The translations under genes and the position numbers were made by a program. From Acidimicrobiia bacterium (GTDB lineage: Bacteria > Actinomycetota > Acidimicrobiia > Spongiisociales > UBA11373): a stretch of 62,232 bases of DNA. The notes beneath the pieces were generated by a model. That model saw only the letters and a program-made list of their open reading frames with translations. It made no database searches and was not told the origin of the DNA. The stretch covers positions 254,418-316,649 of the forward strand of contig JBBDMM010000006.1 of NCBI GenBank assembly GCA_040878325.1. Direction: 5' to 3'. Shown piece by piece: positions 27,719-37,921 of this stretch. Position 1 is the stretch's first letter. Each line of letters opens with the position of its first letter.

Positions 27719-28930
27719 ATGTCCCTCGTCGTGCAGAAGTACGGCGGCACCTCCGTCGGCGATGCCTCCCGGATTCGCGCCGTCGCCGAGCGGGTGGCGC
27801 GCCGCCATCAGGAGGGCGATTCGGTCGTCGTCATCGTCTCGGCGATGGGTCACACCACGGACGAGTTGATTCGGATCGCCGCCGAGGTGAGCCCGCGCCA
27901 CCATCCCCGAGCGATGGACATGCTCCTCACCGCCGGGGAGAGGATTTCGATGGCGCTGCTCGAGATGGCGATTCGCGACCATGGGGTGGAGGCGGTGAGC
28001 CTCACCGGGTCGCAGGCGGGAATCCTCACAGACATGTCACATGGCCAGGCTCGCATCCGCGACATCCGTCCGATTCGCGTGACTGAAAGCTTGGAAGCGG
28101 GCAAGGTGGTCATCGTCGCCGGGTTCCAGGGGGTGAATCCCGACACGAAGGAGATCACCACCCTCGGCCGCGGGGGGTCCGATGCGACCGCAGTGGCGAT
28201 GGCGGCGGCGCTGGACGCCGAGTCCTGCGAGATCTACACCGACGTCGATGGGGTGTTCACCGCCGACCCACGCGTCGTGCCCGGGGCGCGCAAACTCGAT
28301 GAGATCTCCTACGCCGAAATGCTGGAGATGGCGTCAGCGGGAGCGGGAGTATTGATGGAGAGGTCCGTAGAGTCAGGTATGCGATCCGGGATCCCGATCC
28401 ATGTGCGCTCCTCCTTCCACGAGGGGCCGGGTACCTGGGTGAAGGAGTCGACAATGGAGCAGATGAGTGTCGTCGGGATCGCCCACGACGTCTCCGCGGG
28501 CGAGATCACGGTTCGCTCGGCTCCCTCCGCGCCCGCTTCGCTGTTCGCGGCGCTCGCCGCCGACGGCGTCGCCGTTGGCTCGATCGTGCAGAGCCGGGCG
28601 AAGGATGGGTCCGCCGACCTGTCATTCACCGTGCCGCGCGATCAGATCGGACTCGCCCGCACCGTCACCGAGGCGGCGGTCGCCGGTCTCGGGGCGGGTG
28701 AGGTCGAGGTGGTGGACCGGGTGGGAAGGGTGTCGGTGATCGGTTCGGCCATGTCGTCACATCCCGCCGTGGCCGCCGAGGTGCTGTCGACGCTGGCCGA
28801 GGCGGGGGTCGGCGTGCGGGCCATCTCGACATCGCCGATTCGGATCACCTGCGTCATCGATGAGCAGGACGTGGAGAAGGCGGTGCGTCGACTCCACGCA
28901 GCCTTCGATCCGCCGACGGTGCACGCGTGA
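27719..28930 (+). CDS. lysC: Aspartate kinase (alpha; internal beta start at 28454)
   Basis: [36 protein letters not shown] domains. Confidence 0.95.
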   Translation: MSLVVQKYGGTSVGDASRIRAVAERVARRHQEGDSVVVIVSAMGHTTDELIRIAAEVSPRHHPRAMDMLLTAGERISMALLEMAIRDHGVEAVSLTGSQAGILTDMSHGQARIRDIRPIRVTESLEAGKVVIVAGFQGVNPDTKEITTLGRGGSDATAVAMAAALDAESCEIYTDVDGVFTADPRVVPGARKLDEISYAEMLEMASAGAGVLMERSVESGMRSGIPIHVRSSFHEGPGTWVKESTMEQMSVVGIAHDVSAGEITVRSAPSAPASLFAALAADGVAVGSIVQSRAKDGSADLSFTVPRDQIGLARTVTEAAVAGLGAGEVEVVDRVGRVSVIGSAMSSHPAVAAEVLSTLAEAGVGVRAISTSPIRITCVIDEQDVEKAVRRLHAAFDPPTVHA

Positions 28931-29937
28931 CAGCCCCGGTCGTGGCCGTCGTCGGGGCCACCGGTGCAGTCGGCCGCGAGATGTTGGCGACGCTCGAACG
29001 CCGCTCTTTCCCGATGGGCTCCGTCCGCTTGATGGCGTCCGAACGCTCTGCGGGTTCGTCGGTGACGACGCCGTGGGGCGAGGTGGTGGTCGAGGACCTG
29101 GCGACCGCCGACCCGGCGGGAATCGGCATTGCCCTGTTCTCCGCGGGCGGTTCCCGATCGATCGAGCATGCTCCCCGATTCGCCGCGGCGGGGGCGGTGG
29201 TGGTCGACAACTCTTCTGCCTGGCGAATGGATCCGAAGGTTCCGCTCGTTGTCATCGGCGTGAACGACCACGCCACCCGGCTTCACTCCGGGATCATCGC
29301 CAATCCGAATTGCACGACCATGGTGATGCTCATGGCAGTCGCCCCACTCCATCGGGCAACCGGGTTGCGCGAGATGATCGCCACCTCATATCAGTCGGTT
29401 TCGGGCTCCGGGCACCGTGGGGTACAGACCCTGATCGACGAGGTCGCCCACTTCGGCACCGACCCCGATGCGCTGCGAACCGGCACGTGGACCGAGCCTG
29501 CCCCCGGCTTCTACGTGCGTCCGATCGGGTGGAACGTGATCCCGTTCGCCGGTAGTTCGACGGATTCGGGGTACACCGACGAAGAGATGAAGTTGGTGAA
29601 CGAGACCAGGAAGATCCTCGAGGCCGACGCCATCCTCGTCGAGCCCACTTGCGTCCGGGTACCGGTGGTGGCGAGCCATGGGGTCGCGGTCACCGCCTGG
29701 TTCGACCGCGAGATGACCGTCGGGGAAGCCACCGAGCTGATCGCCGCATCCCCCGGCGTCGAGGTGTGGACCGACAAGGTGCCCACCCCGCTCGATGCTG
29801 CCGGCCGCGATGACGTTCTGGTCGGTCGGCTCCGGCCCACCCTAGGCCGGCCCGGAGGAATCTCGTTGTGGGCAGTCGGCGACAACCTCCGCAAAGGAGC
29901 CGCCCTCAACGCGGTGCAGATCGCAGAGCTCGTCTAA
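28927..29937 (+). CDS. asd: Aspartate-semialdehyde dehydrogenase
   Basis: [44 protein letters not shown]. Confidence 0.96.
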   Translation: MTAPVVAVVGATGAVGREMLATLERRSFPMGSVRLMASERSAGSSVTTPWGEVVVEDLATADPAGIGIALFSAGGSRSIEHAPRFAAAGAVVVDNSSAWRMDPKVPLVVIGVNDHATRLHSGIIANPNCTTMVMLMAVAPLHRATGLREMIATSYQSVSGSGHRGVQTLIDEVAHFGTDPDALRTGTWTEPAPGFYVRPIGWNVIPFAGSSTDSGYTDEEMKLVNETRKILEADAILVEPTCVRVPVVASHGVAVTAWFDREMTVGEATELIAASPGVEVWTDKVPTPLDAAGRDDVLVGRLRPTLGRPGGISLWAVGDNLRKGAALNAVQIAELV

Positions 29938-30029
29938 GGGGTGAGCGAACCGCCAAGGGGGACCACAGGGACCCGGGCCTCAGGGGAAGGTTCCAGGCGT
30001 CAGGCGCCCGTTACACTCACTGGACCCGA

Positions 30030-30106
30030 CGGGACGTGGCGCAGCTTGGTAGCGCGCATCGTTCGGGACGATGAGGTCGCCGGTTCAAGTCCGGCCGTCC
30101 CGACCA
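30030..30106 (+). tRNA. tRNA-Pro (CGG)
   Basis: CGGGACGTGGCGCAGCTTGGTAGCGCGCATCGTT-CGG-GACGATGAGGTCGCCGGTTCAAGTCCGGCCGTCCCGACCA; TACACT -10 box upstream. Confidence 0.96.
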
Positions 30107-30133
30107 GAAGCCCCGCACCAAGTGCCGGGCTTC
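30107..30133 (+). terminator. Hairpin after tRNA-Pro
   Basis: GAAGCCC-CGCAC-CAA-GTGCC-GGGCTTC. Confidence 0.55.
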
Positions 30134-30191
30134 GGTGATTGCGGGTCGGGCGGTTGGGCGAGGGTTTATTGAAGAGGGCACCCTTGTTGGG

Positions 30192-30274
30192 CCGCAGGCT
30201 GTCTCCGCTGCCCCCTCCGTCACCGCCCTGCGGGCGGTGCCACCTCCCCCGCCGAGGACGGCGAGGGAGGACGC
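30192..30274 (-). repeat. REP-like family A copy (inverted)
   Basis: CCCCTCCGTCACCGCCCTGCGGGCGGTGCCACCTCCCCC; flanks shared with 33475-33531. Confidence 0.85.
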
Positions 30275-30295
30275 TTCTAGGGGAAGCCCTCCCTG

Positions 30296-31555
30296 CTACC
30301 TGCCTGCTTCTTCTCTCATGATCCTCACGCTGTCCACCCGGTTGCGGACCATGCGGGCTACCTCGATCGTCACTCCGTTGACGATCACGACGTCGCCCTC
30401 GCGCGGGACCCTTCCGCTCCGGTCGAGGACCAGGCCGGCCACGGTGGTGTACTCCCCTGAGGGAAGATCGATCTGAATGGCCTCGGCCACCTCCTCGACG
30501 GGGGTGCGCCCGTCGACCAGCCACTCGCCGTCCCCGATCGCCAGCACCGATGGGTCTTCTGTGTCGTACTCGTCCTGCATCTCGCCGACGAGCTGGGAGA
30601 TCAGGTCGGTGATCGTGACGATTCCCTCGATCCCGCCGTGCTCATCGGTGACCACGGCCAGCGTGAATCTGTCGCGCCGCATCTCGAGGAGGAGGTCGAG
30701 CACCGACTTCGACTCGGGGACGTAGACCGGCTCGCGTATCACCCGGTGAATGTCGCTGGTGCTGGGTTCGCTCGGCATGCCGATGAGATCCTTCACCTGG
30801 AGGATGCCGATGAGCTCATCGACCGAGTCCTTGATCACCGGGAAGCGGCTGTGGCCTGTGGCGGCGACCGCGGCGCGGACCGCCTCGATCGTGACCGGAG
30901 ACTCCAGCGGGTCGAGGTCGGTGCGCGGGGTCATGACATCGCGGACGGTTTGTTCTGCCAGCTCGAAGAGGGAGTGGATGATCTCGCGTTGGGCGGCGTC
31001 GATGTTGCCCACCCGCTCGCCGAGCACCGCCATCGCCCGGATGTCGTCGCCAGTCACCGCGCTGCGATCGTGGCCGGCGCCGATCCGGAAGAGTCGGAAG
31101 AGGCCCCGGGCGATCGCGACGAAGACCCGCGCGATGGGCCGAAGGAACCGGCTGAGTCGCCAGATCGTCGGGGCGACCACAAGCGCGACGCGATCCGGGA
31201 AACGGCTGGCCAGGCTCTTAGGGGTGATCTCGCCAACCACGAGAATCACCGCGGTCACCGCAGCCGTTGCCGCCCACGGTCCCCAGTCGTGGCCGAGCAG
31301 ATCGACGAAGAGCACCGTGGCCACCGACGCGCCGAGGATGTTGACGAAGTTGTTGGCTACCAGCAGCGTGCTGAGCATCGCCTCGGGTTCTTCTAGAAGC
31401 GCCCGGAGGTATCTGGCTCGCCGGTCGCTGGCCGCCAGCTGTTCGACCCTCTCCCGGGGCACCGAGACGAGTGCGGTCTCGCTTCCCGAGAAAAAGCCCG
31501 ACGCCAGGATGCAGACGCCGAGGATCACCACGTAGACGATCTGCTCGCTGCTCAT
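30296..31555 (-). CDS. Hemolysin/CNNM family protein (DUF21, CBS pair, CorC_HlyC)
   Basis: FFSGSETAL, GEITPK, VMTPR, HSRFPV, DEHGG. Confidence 0.92.
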   Translation of the reverse strand: MSSEQIVYVVILGVCILASGFFSGSETALVSVPRERVEQLAASDRRARYLRALLEEPEAMLSTLLVANNFVNILGASVATVLFVDLLGHDWGPWAATAAVTAVILVVGEITPKSLASRFPDRVALVVAPTIWRLSRFLRPIARVFVAIARGLFRLFRIGAGHDRSAVTGDDIRAMAVLGERVGNIDAAQREIIHSLFELAEQTVRDVMTPRTDLDPLESPVTIEAVRAAVAATGHSRFPVIKDSVDELIGILQVKDLIGMPSEPSTSDIHRVIREPVYVPESKSVLDLLLEMRRDRFTLAVVTDEHGGIEGIVTITDLISQLVGEMQDEYDTEDPSVLAIGDGEWLVDGRTPVEEVAEAIQIDLPSGEYTTVAGLVLDRSGRVPREGDVVIVNGVTIEVARMVRNRVDSVRIMREEAGR

Positions 31556-31604
31556 TCCCACCCCCGGAGCCGCCTCGTACTGGGAGGCTCACCTCCGCCG
31601 GCAG

Positions 31605-31973
31605 TCATCGGCTCATTGCGTCGGCGAGTGCCGCCCGCAGCTCATGCGACGAGAACGGCTTGCGCACCCAGGAGGTGGCACCCGATCGGCCAGCGAGGAA
31701 CGCGTCGGCGTCTCGGTCGAGCAGCAGCACCACCGGCGGTGCGGTCGTGCCGCCGACTGCGGCTTTGTTGCGAACCGCCCGGGTGACGGCCATTCCCCCC
31801 ATCGAGCCGACCTGCATGTCGATCAGGACGGCATCTGCTGGGAACTCGTCGAGGCGGTCGGTGACGAGCCGCGGGTTGGAGATCTCGTGGAGGGTGAAGC
31901 GCGGCTCGGACAAGGCGGCTCTCACGTCGTCGAGGACCCATGCTTCGTCGGCCACGACCAGGATGTCGGTCAT
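31605..31973 (-). CDS. Single-domain response regulator
   Basis: ILVVADE, LIDMQVG, RKPF. Confidence 0.8.
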   Translation of the reverse strand: MTDILVVADEAWVLDDVRAALSEPRFTLHEISNPRLVTDRLDEFPADAVLIDMQVGSMGGMAVTRAVRNKAAVGGTTAPPVVLLLDRDADAFLAGRSGATSWVRKPFSSHELRAALADAMSR

Positions 31974-32051
31974 TCCCCGAGGCTAGTAGTCGGCCACGGG
32001 GGCGCGATTTGCGAGACCCGGCTGCAGTCCGGGCATCGTTTCATCGTTCCT

Positions 32052-33368
32052 ATGATCGCCCTCGTGCTCCGCCGACTGCTCATTGTGGTTCCACTCGCCC
32101 TCTTGATGCTTACGCCGGGTATCGGCCTTGGGGGAAGCGCTTCGTCGGTCGACGTGGTGGTGGTGGAGGGAATTCTCGAGGGTCGTGCCGTCGATTTCGT
32201 AAGGGACTCGATCGAAGGATCCTCCGCCTCCCTGGTCGTGATCCAGCTCGACGTCCACGCGGTGCTGTCATCCGGGGCATCAGACCTGGTGGCCCTCCTC
32301 GACGACCCGCCGGTGCCGGTGGCCGTCTGGGTTGGACCCGCCCCCGCGGTGGCCCACGGGATGGCGGCCGCGATTGTCTCGGCGGCACCGATCCGGGGAG
32401 CCGCCCCCAGAGTGCGCATCGGCTGGGCGTTGCCTCTGGTGGCGGGTGGTTCATCCGACGGGGATGCGGGGAGGGCACTGCTCGCCCTCGCTCCAGACCT
32501 GCCGGCAGAGGCGCACACCGGACGGGTGCTGGTCGGCTCCGAGCCGATCCCGGGACTCGTCGACGTGGTGCAGCCTTCCATCGGGCAGTTCATCGTGGCG
32601 CTCGATGGGACCACGGTGACGGTGCGGGGGGAGGTAAGGACGCTCGTCACTGCACAGCGCGAGGTCGTGAATGGCGAGGAGGTGGTCTCGCCGGTGTCGG
32701 CGACGTTCATCGAGCCCGGATTGGTGGATCGAACCCTTCGTCTCGCGGTGTCACCGGAGGCAGCCTTCTTCTTCTTGGTCATGGGTCTGGCCCTGGTGGC
32801 GTTCGAGTTCTACGCCGCCGGGCCGGGACTCGCCGCCGCCGTCGCCGCAATTTGTCTGCTGTTGGCGGGGTATGGGATCGCTCTCCTCCCCGTCGATTGG
32901 CTGTCGGTCGCGGCGGTCCTGGCGGGCGTCGGCCTCTACGTCGTCGAGTTTCAGCGAAACGACCTCGGATGGAAGAGCCTTCTCGGCACTGCCCTGCTCA
33001 CCGCGGGGGGTCTTCGCCTAGTCGACGGCGCCCCGCAGTTGCGCACCACCTGGTGGGTGGTGGTGCTCGTCGTACTCGGTGCCGCCCTTTTCTTCGGGTT
33101 TGCCCTCACCACGGTGGTCAGGGCGAGGTTTTCGACTCAGACCATCGGCCGGGAGCACCTGGTGGGCCGGGTGGGTATTGCCGCCGGCCGGATCGCGCCG
33201 GAGGGGATCGTGATCGTCGACGGCGCCGAGTGGCGAGCGCGGTCGGCCCGCGCCTCGGGCATCGCCGCCGGGGATCGGGTGAAGGTGGCCGGGGTCTCAG
33301 GCGTGGTGCTCGAGGTGGAGCCAGCACCAGCCTCCAGCAAGGAGGACGAAGACGCCGGCGAAGGCTGA
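32052..33368 (+). CDS. NfeD family membrane protein (long form)
   Basis: VPVAVWVGP, FEFYAAGPG, C-terminal OB fold GIVIVDGAEWRAR. Confidence 0.8.
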   Translation: MIALVLRRLLIVVPLALLMLTPGIGLGGSASSVDVVVVEGILEGRAVDFVRDSIEGSSASLVVIQLDVHAVLSSGASDLVALLDDPPVPVAVWVGPAPAVAHGMAAAIVSAAPIRGAAPRVRIGWALPLVAGGSSDGDAGRALLALAPDLPAEAHTGRVLVGSEPIPGLVDVVQPSIGQFIVALDGTTVTVRGEVRTLVTAQREVVNGEEVVSPVSATFIEPGLVDRTLRLAVSPEAAFFFLVMGLALVAFEFYAAGPGLAAAVAAICLLLAGYGIALLPVDWLSVAAVLAGVGLYVVEFQRNDLGWKSLLGTALLTAGGLRLVDGAPQLRTTWWVVVLVVLGAALFFGFALTTVVRARFSTQTIGREHLVGRVGIAAGRIAPEGIVIVDGAEWRARSARASGIAAGDRVKVAGVSGVVLEVEPAPASSKEDEDAGEG

Positions 33369-33379
33369 GTAGAAGTCGT

Positions 33380-33531
33380 CTCCCCCCGGTCTCCGGGGGG
33401 AGTACCCCGAAGGGGGGAGGGGGGCAGCTGACCCTGCGGGCGGGACTGGACCAGTTCCTGAAGAAGTTGCCAGACCGCACGCTGTCTCCGCTGCCCCCTC
33501 CGTCACCGCCGAGGACGGCAGGGGAGGACGC
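33380..33531. repeat. REP family B copy (33380-33425) and internally deleted family A copy (33475-33531)
   Basis: CTCCCCCCGG-TCT-CCGGGGGGAG palindrome; GCTGTCTCCGCTGCCCCCTCCGTCACCGCC identical to the copy at 30198. Confidence 0.8.
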
Positions 33532-33611
33532 CCCTACCATTTCCTCCCTGGCATTTCGAAGGGTCCGCTGGTACCGTCCCGCGCCGCTTGGCGTCTGGGA
33601 GGAGTACCGCT

Positions 33612-33884
33612 GTGTTGGACGTGGCGTCCGTTGATCGTTCCTGGCAGATGAAGGGGCTTTGCCGGGGCAATCATTCGTTTCTGTTCTTTCCACCGAGTCA
33701 TGCAGAGCGCAAGGAGGAACGCGAGCGCCGCGAGCACAAGGCGAAGGCCATCTGCTCGGTGTGCCCGGTAGCCGAAGAGTGCCTCGACTTTGCGGTGGAG
33801 ATTCGCGAGCCGTACGGGATCTGGGGCGGCTACACCGAGACCGAGCGTCGACACCTGGCTTCGAAGCGCGGCATCACCGTCTGA
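33612..33884 (+). CDS. WhiB family Fe-S transcriptional regulator (WhiB3/WhiD-like)
   Basis: Four Cys, AKAICSVCPV, EPYGIWGG; GGAGG RBS. Confidence 0.92.
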   Translation: MLDVASVDRSWQMKGLCRGNHSFLFFPPSHAERKEERERREHKAKAICSVCPVAEECLDFAVEIREPYGIWGGYTETERRHLASKRGITV

Positions 33885-35640
33885 CGACCCGCCCGTCGCC
33901 GACCCGACGGGTGACTCCGCGATCGTCGAGCCACTCGAGTAGGGGGATGGCGTGCTTGCGGGTGATCGCCATGATGTCGCGAAAGTCGCCCACCGTGAAT
34001 CCGTCGGGGAGGGTGGCGACCGTTTCGAGGAGAGAATCGACCGTCTCGGGCAGGTAGGCGAACGGTCCGACCGGTATCAGGTCTCCGGACGCGATCAGGG
34101 CGCGCACAGCATCAGGGTGCAGGCCCAACTCATCGGCCCGGGGTGGTGCCGCGCCGGCGGCGTCGAGGTCGGCTCGGGCGCTTCCCCAGCCAGGATCGTC
34201 GGTCGCTGCCGCCGCCGGCCGATGGTCGGCGAGGCGCACCGCGGCGCCATCCACCACGACGCCGCCGACGGTGGCGATGATCGCGTCGAGGGTGTCGGCG
34301 CCGAGCCCCAGCTCACGGGCGAGCGTGGTGCGGGGCATCCCCGGCTTGAAGGGGTTGGCTTCGTGAAAGGTGCCGATCCGTTCGACGGCACGCTGTGAAA
34401 TGGTGCGATTGGTTTCGGGCGAGACGGCCAGCTTGCCCGTGATCACGGCATCGTCTGGCGATCCTCCACCGGTGTCTGCGGCAAGATCGGACACCGCGGC
34501 GATCCCTCGCACCGCCAACAGGCGCGATGCCGCATCGTCGGGTGTCGTGGCGTGTTTGGCGAGATGACCCAGCGTGCTGCGCACCGCCCGAGTTCTTCCC
34601 GTCGGCCGCGGATCGAGCACCCGGCCGCCTCCGGTGACGGCGCCCCTGCCCACCTCACGCAGGATGTAGCGATCGCCCGCCCGCAGCGGAACCTCGCCGT
34701 CGAGGTCGACCAGCACGACCCCGTCGGCAATCGAACGGACGCGGGCCGGCCACGAACCGCTCCCCGCATGGAGGTGGAAGGAGCCCCGGTCCCCCCGGAT
34801 CGGCTCGTGACCTCTCATCGGGTCGAGGGTTGCCACCAGCCGCCTCGTCGCTCGCCACTCACCCGGCCTGCCCAGCATCGTTCCCCGCTCGATGAGTGAC
34901 CGATCGGCCCCCGACAAGTTGATCGCGGTGCGATTGCCCGGCCCTACCTCATCGACGGATCGTTCGTGCACCTGCAGGCCACGGACCCGCACCGGAGTCT
35001 CGCCCGGGTAAAGGGCGAGGGTGTCACCGACCTTGATCATCCCGTCCACCAGGGTGCCGGTGACCACGGTGCCCGCGCCCTCGACCGTGAAGGCGCGGTC
35101 GATCCAGAGGCGGGGACGATCGCGGTCCGGCGGTTCCAGCCCTGCGACCATCGTGGTCAGGGCGGCGCGGAGTCGATCGAGGCCAACGCCTGTTGGGGCT
35201 GCGGTGGGCACGATCTCCGAGCCCGCAAGCGTCGTGCCGTCGAGGCTCTCGGCCACCGCAACCGCCGCGAGCTCGAGGTGATCGGTATCGACCAGGTCGG
35301 CCCGGGTCAACGCGATCACTCCGGGGGAAGTGCCGAGCAGGTCGAGCACTCCCAGATGCTCCTCGGACTGAGGCTTCCATCCCTCGTCCGCGGCGACGAC
35401 GAACAGCGCCGCATCCGCCCCGTCGACGCCGGCGAGCATGTTCTTGATGAATCGCTCGTGCCCCGGGACATCGACGAACCCGACTTCTCTGTTGCCGAGC
35501 ATGGCCCAGGCGAATCCCAGGTCGATGGTCAGCCCCCGCCGCTTCTCCTCCTCCCACCGGTCGGGGTCACGGCCGGTGAGTGCCCGGACAAGGGTCGACT
35601 TGCCGTGATCGACATGGCCGGCGGTGGCGATCACCGGCAT
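33874..35640 (-). CDS. selB: Selenocysteine-specific elongation factor
   Basis: [34 protein letters not shown]-terminal [12 protein letters not shown] winged helix. Confidence 0.95.
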   Translation of the reverse strand: MPVIATAGHVDHGKSTLVRALTGRDPDRWEEEKRRGLTIDLGFAWAMLGNREVGFVDVPGHERFIKNMLAGVDGADAALFVVAADEGWKPQSEEHLGVLDLLGTSPGVIALTRADLVDTDHLELAAVAVAESLDGTTLAGSEIVPTAAPTGVGLDRLRAALTTMVAGLEPPDRDRPRLWIDRAFTVEGAGTVVTGTLVDGMIKVGDTLALYPGETPVRVRGLQVHERSVDEVGPGNRTAINLSGADRSLIERGTMLGRPGEWRATRRLVATLDPMRGHEPIRGDRGSFHLHAGSGSWPARVRSIADGVVLVDLDGEVPLRAGDRYILREVGRGAVTGGGRVLDPRPTGRTRAVRSTLGHLAKHATTPDDAASRLLAVRGIAAVSDLAADTGGGSPDDAVITGKLAVSPETNRTISQRAVERIGTFHEANPFKPGMPRTTLARELGLGADTLDAIIATVGGVVVDGAAVRLADHRPAAAATDDPGWGSARADLDAAGAAPPRADELGLHPDAVRALIASGDLIPVGPFAYLPETVDSLLETVATLPDGFTVGDFRDIMAITRKHAIPLLEWLDDRGVTRRVGDGRVVRR

Positions 35641-36953
35641 GCGTTGGTCAGCGCAGCCGCCACCGATCCGTCATCCGCCTCGTCGACCGCGCGCAGATCG
35701 AGCACCACCTGACCCGCTTCTCTACGGGCGACCACGGGGGGAACGGCGTCGAGAAGGCGTCGCCACCGCTGTTCGGCCCCCAGCACCGCGATGACCGGCG
35801 TGGGGATCCCCTTCCCGGGAACTGTGCCGGCGCCCGGGACCGACTCACCCTCGACCACGGCACCTTCGACGCCGGAGCGGGTGAGCACCTGGCTGCTGCG
35901 CGCTGCGAGGTCGGCGTACGGCGTCGATGCCATTCGCCAAAAGGGGATCTCGGACCCGCGACCGGAGGCGTACTTCTCGAAGGTGGCCGACAGGGCAGCA
36001 AGGGCAGGCCCACCTATACGGACCGCTCGAGCCACCGGATGACTGCGGAGTCGGGCGATGACGCCCGCCGAACCCACGACGATCCCGGCTTGTGGGCCCC
36101 CCAACAGCTTGTCGCCCGAGAAGAGCACGAGGTCGGCTCCGGCTTCGATCACCTGACGCGCCCCGGGCTCACCGGCAAGCCACGCCGGCGGAGGGCCGTC
36201 GAGCCAGGGCACCCGGGCGTCGAGCAGCCCGCTGCCGATGTCGGCCACGAGGGGCACATTGCGCTCGTGGGCTATGGCGGCGACCTCGGCGTAGCCGGTC
36301 TCTTCGGTGAATCCTTCGATGCGGTAGTTGGACGGATGCACCTTGAGCAGCGCGCCGGTGGCAGAGCCGATCGCCTTTGCGTAGTCCTTGGCCCGCGTGC
36401 GATTGGTGGTGCCGACCTCTGTGGCCTTGGCACCGGAGGCGGCGATCAACTCGGGGAGGCGGAAGGCGCCCCCGATCTCGATCTGCTCGCCCCGGGAGAC
36501 GACGATCTCGCGACCGGCGCCGAGGGCGGCCATGGCCAGGAACAGCGCTCCGGCGTTGTTGTTCACGACGAGCGCGTCCTCGGCCGCGGTGAGGGTGGCC
36601 GCCAGACGTTCGACGTACTCGCCTCGTCCCCCGCGCTCGCCTGCGGCGAGGTCGAACTCGAGTGCCGAGAATCCGGCCCCAGCCTCGGTCGATGCGGCTA
36701 CGGCGTCCGGGTGGAGTGTCGCCCGGCCGAGGTTGGTGTGGAGCAGCACACCAGTAGCGTTGATGACTCGACCAGGGCGGATGCGGAGGAGGCCGGCGGC
36801 GATTCGGCGGGCCTCGGCGAGGGGATCGATGTGCTCGTCGTGTCGCCAGGCCTCGACACCTGCCCGTGCCACTTCGATCAGGAGAGCACGGGGAAGCGCC
36901 CCATCGTCGATCGAGGCGGCCAATGCATCGACCGAGGGGGGACGCAGGGCCAT
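35631..36953 (-). CDS. selA: L-seryl-tRNA(Sec) selenium transferase
   Basis: VINATGVLLHTNLGRA, VNNNAGA, EVGTTNRT, KVHPSNY, FSGDKLLGGPQAG. Confidence 0.96.
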   Translation of the reverse strand: MALRPPSVDALAASIDDGALPRALLIEVARAGVEAWRHDEHIDPLAEARRIAAGLLRIRPGRVINATGVLLHTNLGRATLHPDAVAASTEAGAGFSALEFDLAAGERGGRGEYVERLAATLTAAEDALVVNNNAGALFLAMAALGAGREIVVSRGEQIEIGGAFRLPELIAASGAKATEVGTTNRTRAKDYAKAIGSATGALLKVHPSNYRIEGFTEETGYAEVAAIAHERNVPLVADIGSGLLDARVPWLDGPPPAWLAGEPGARQVIEAGADLVLFSGDKLLGGPQAGIVVGSAGVIARLRSHPVARAVRIGGPALAALSATFEKYASGRGSEIPFWRMASTPYADLAARSSQVLTRSGVEGAVVEGESVPGAGTVPGKGIPTPVIAVLGAEQRWRRLLDAVPPVVARREAGQVVLDLRAVDEADDGSVAAALTNACR

Positions 36954-36983
36954 AGGCACAGCCTACAAGCCGACCTATATTCG

Positions 36984-37148
36984 ATGACCGTGGATACACC
37001 GGCGTCGGCGGACGTCCCTATTCAGCTTGCGGCGACCGTGCTCGCCCTCTCCCCTCGCGGGAGCGGTTTCGACGTACTCATGGTCCGTCGGGAATCGGCG
37101 TGGCGAGTGCTGTTGCCGGGCGTGGCCGACTTCGAGGCGGCGAGATGA
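36984..37148 (+). pseudogene. Internally deleted NUDIX hydrolase (54 aa; termini only)
   Basis: AATVLAL...GFDVLMVRR joined directly to WRVLLPG; no Nudix box; ATGA overlap with the MBL gene. Confidence 0.6.
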
Positions 37149-37921
37149 AGGTCGAGCGGATTCTCGCCCCCAACCCGTCGGTGATGACGGGGCCCGGGAC
37201 CAACACATGGGTGGTGTCGTCGGCCGGCGAGGCGATCGTCATCGATCCCGGCCCGGTTCTCCCCGATCATCTCGAAGCGATCCATCGGGCGCTGGCGGGG
37301 TTCGAGCCGATTGCCGTGCTCGTGACCCACGCCCATCCCGATCATGCTCCGGCGGCAGACCGACTGGCTGAAGGGTTGGGAGTCCCGTCGATCGGAGCCG
37401 CATCCGGGCCCGACTTCAGCCCCACCCGGATCGTCGCCGATGGAGATGCCGTGGCATTCGGCACCCTTTACGCGGTGGCGGTGGCCACTCCGGGTCATAC
37501 GCCCGACTCGACCTGCTTCCGGATCGGGACCTCGCTGTTCACCGGAGATCACATCATGGGTGGCTCCACCGTCATCGTGGAGGACATGGCCGCCTACCTG
37601 AACTCCCTCCACGCCCTGCGCGACACCGGGTTGACCATTGTCTATCCCGGTCACGGGGAGGTGATCGAGGAGCCCGACGCGGTCATCAGCGACTACATCG
37701 CCCATCGACTCGAGCGGGAGGCGCAGATCCTCGCTGCAGTCCGGGCGGGCGCCGCGACCGTCGGACAGGTGGTCGAGAGGGTCTACGCCGATGTTCACCC
37801 GGCACTCCATCCTGCTGCGGCGCTATCGGTGGCGTCCCACCTTCGCAAACTCGCCGCCGACGGCGAGGTGCGTTTCTCGGCCGCCGGCACCGGATGGTCG
37901 GCGAAGGTGGTGGTGGCATGA
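37145..37921 (+). CDS. MBL-fold metallo-hydrolase (LACTB2-like)
   Basis: APNPSVMTGPGTN, THAHPDH, PGHT, GDH, PGHG. Confidence 0.9.
   Translation: MKVERILAPNPSVMTGPGTNTWVVSSAGEAIVIDPGPVLPDHLEAIHRALAGFEPIAVLVTHAHPDHAPAADRLAEGLGVPSIGAASGPDFSPTRIVADGDAVAFGTLYAVAVATPGHTPDSTCFRIGTSLFTGDHIMGGSTVIVEDMAAYLNSLHALRDTGLTIVYPGHGEVIEEPDAVISDYIAHRLEREAQILAAVRAGAATVGQVVERVYADVHPALHPAAALSVASHLRKLAADGEVRFSAAGTGWSAKVVVA

Noticed and set aside
30030..30300. Integrated element at tRNA-Pro
   Set aside because: No duplicated 3' end and no integrase found in the window.
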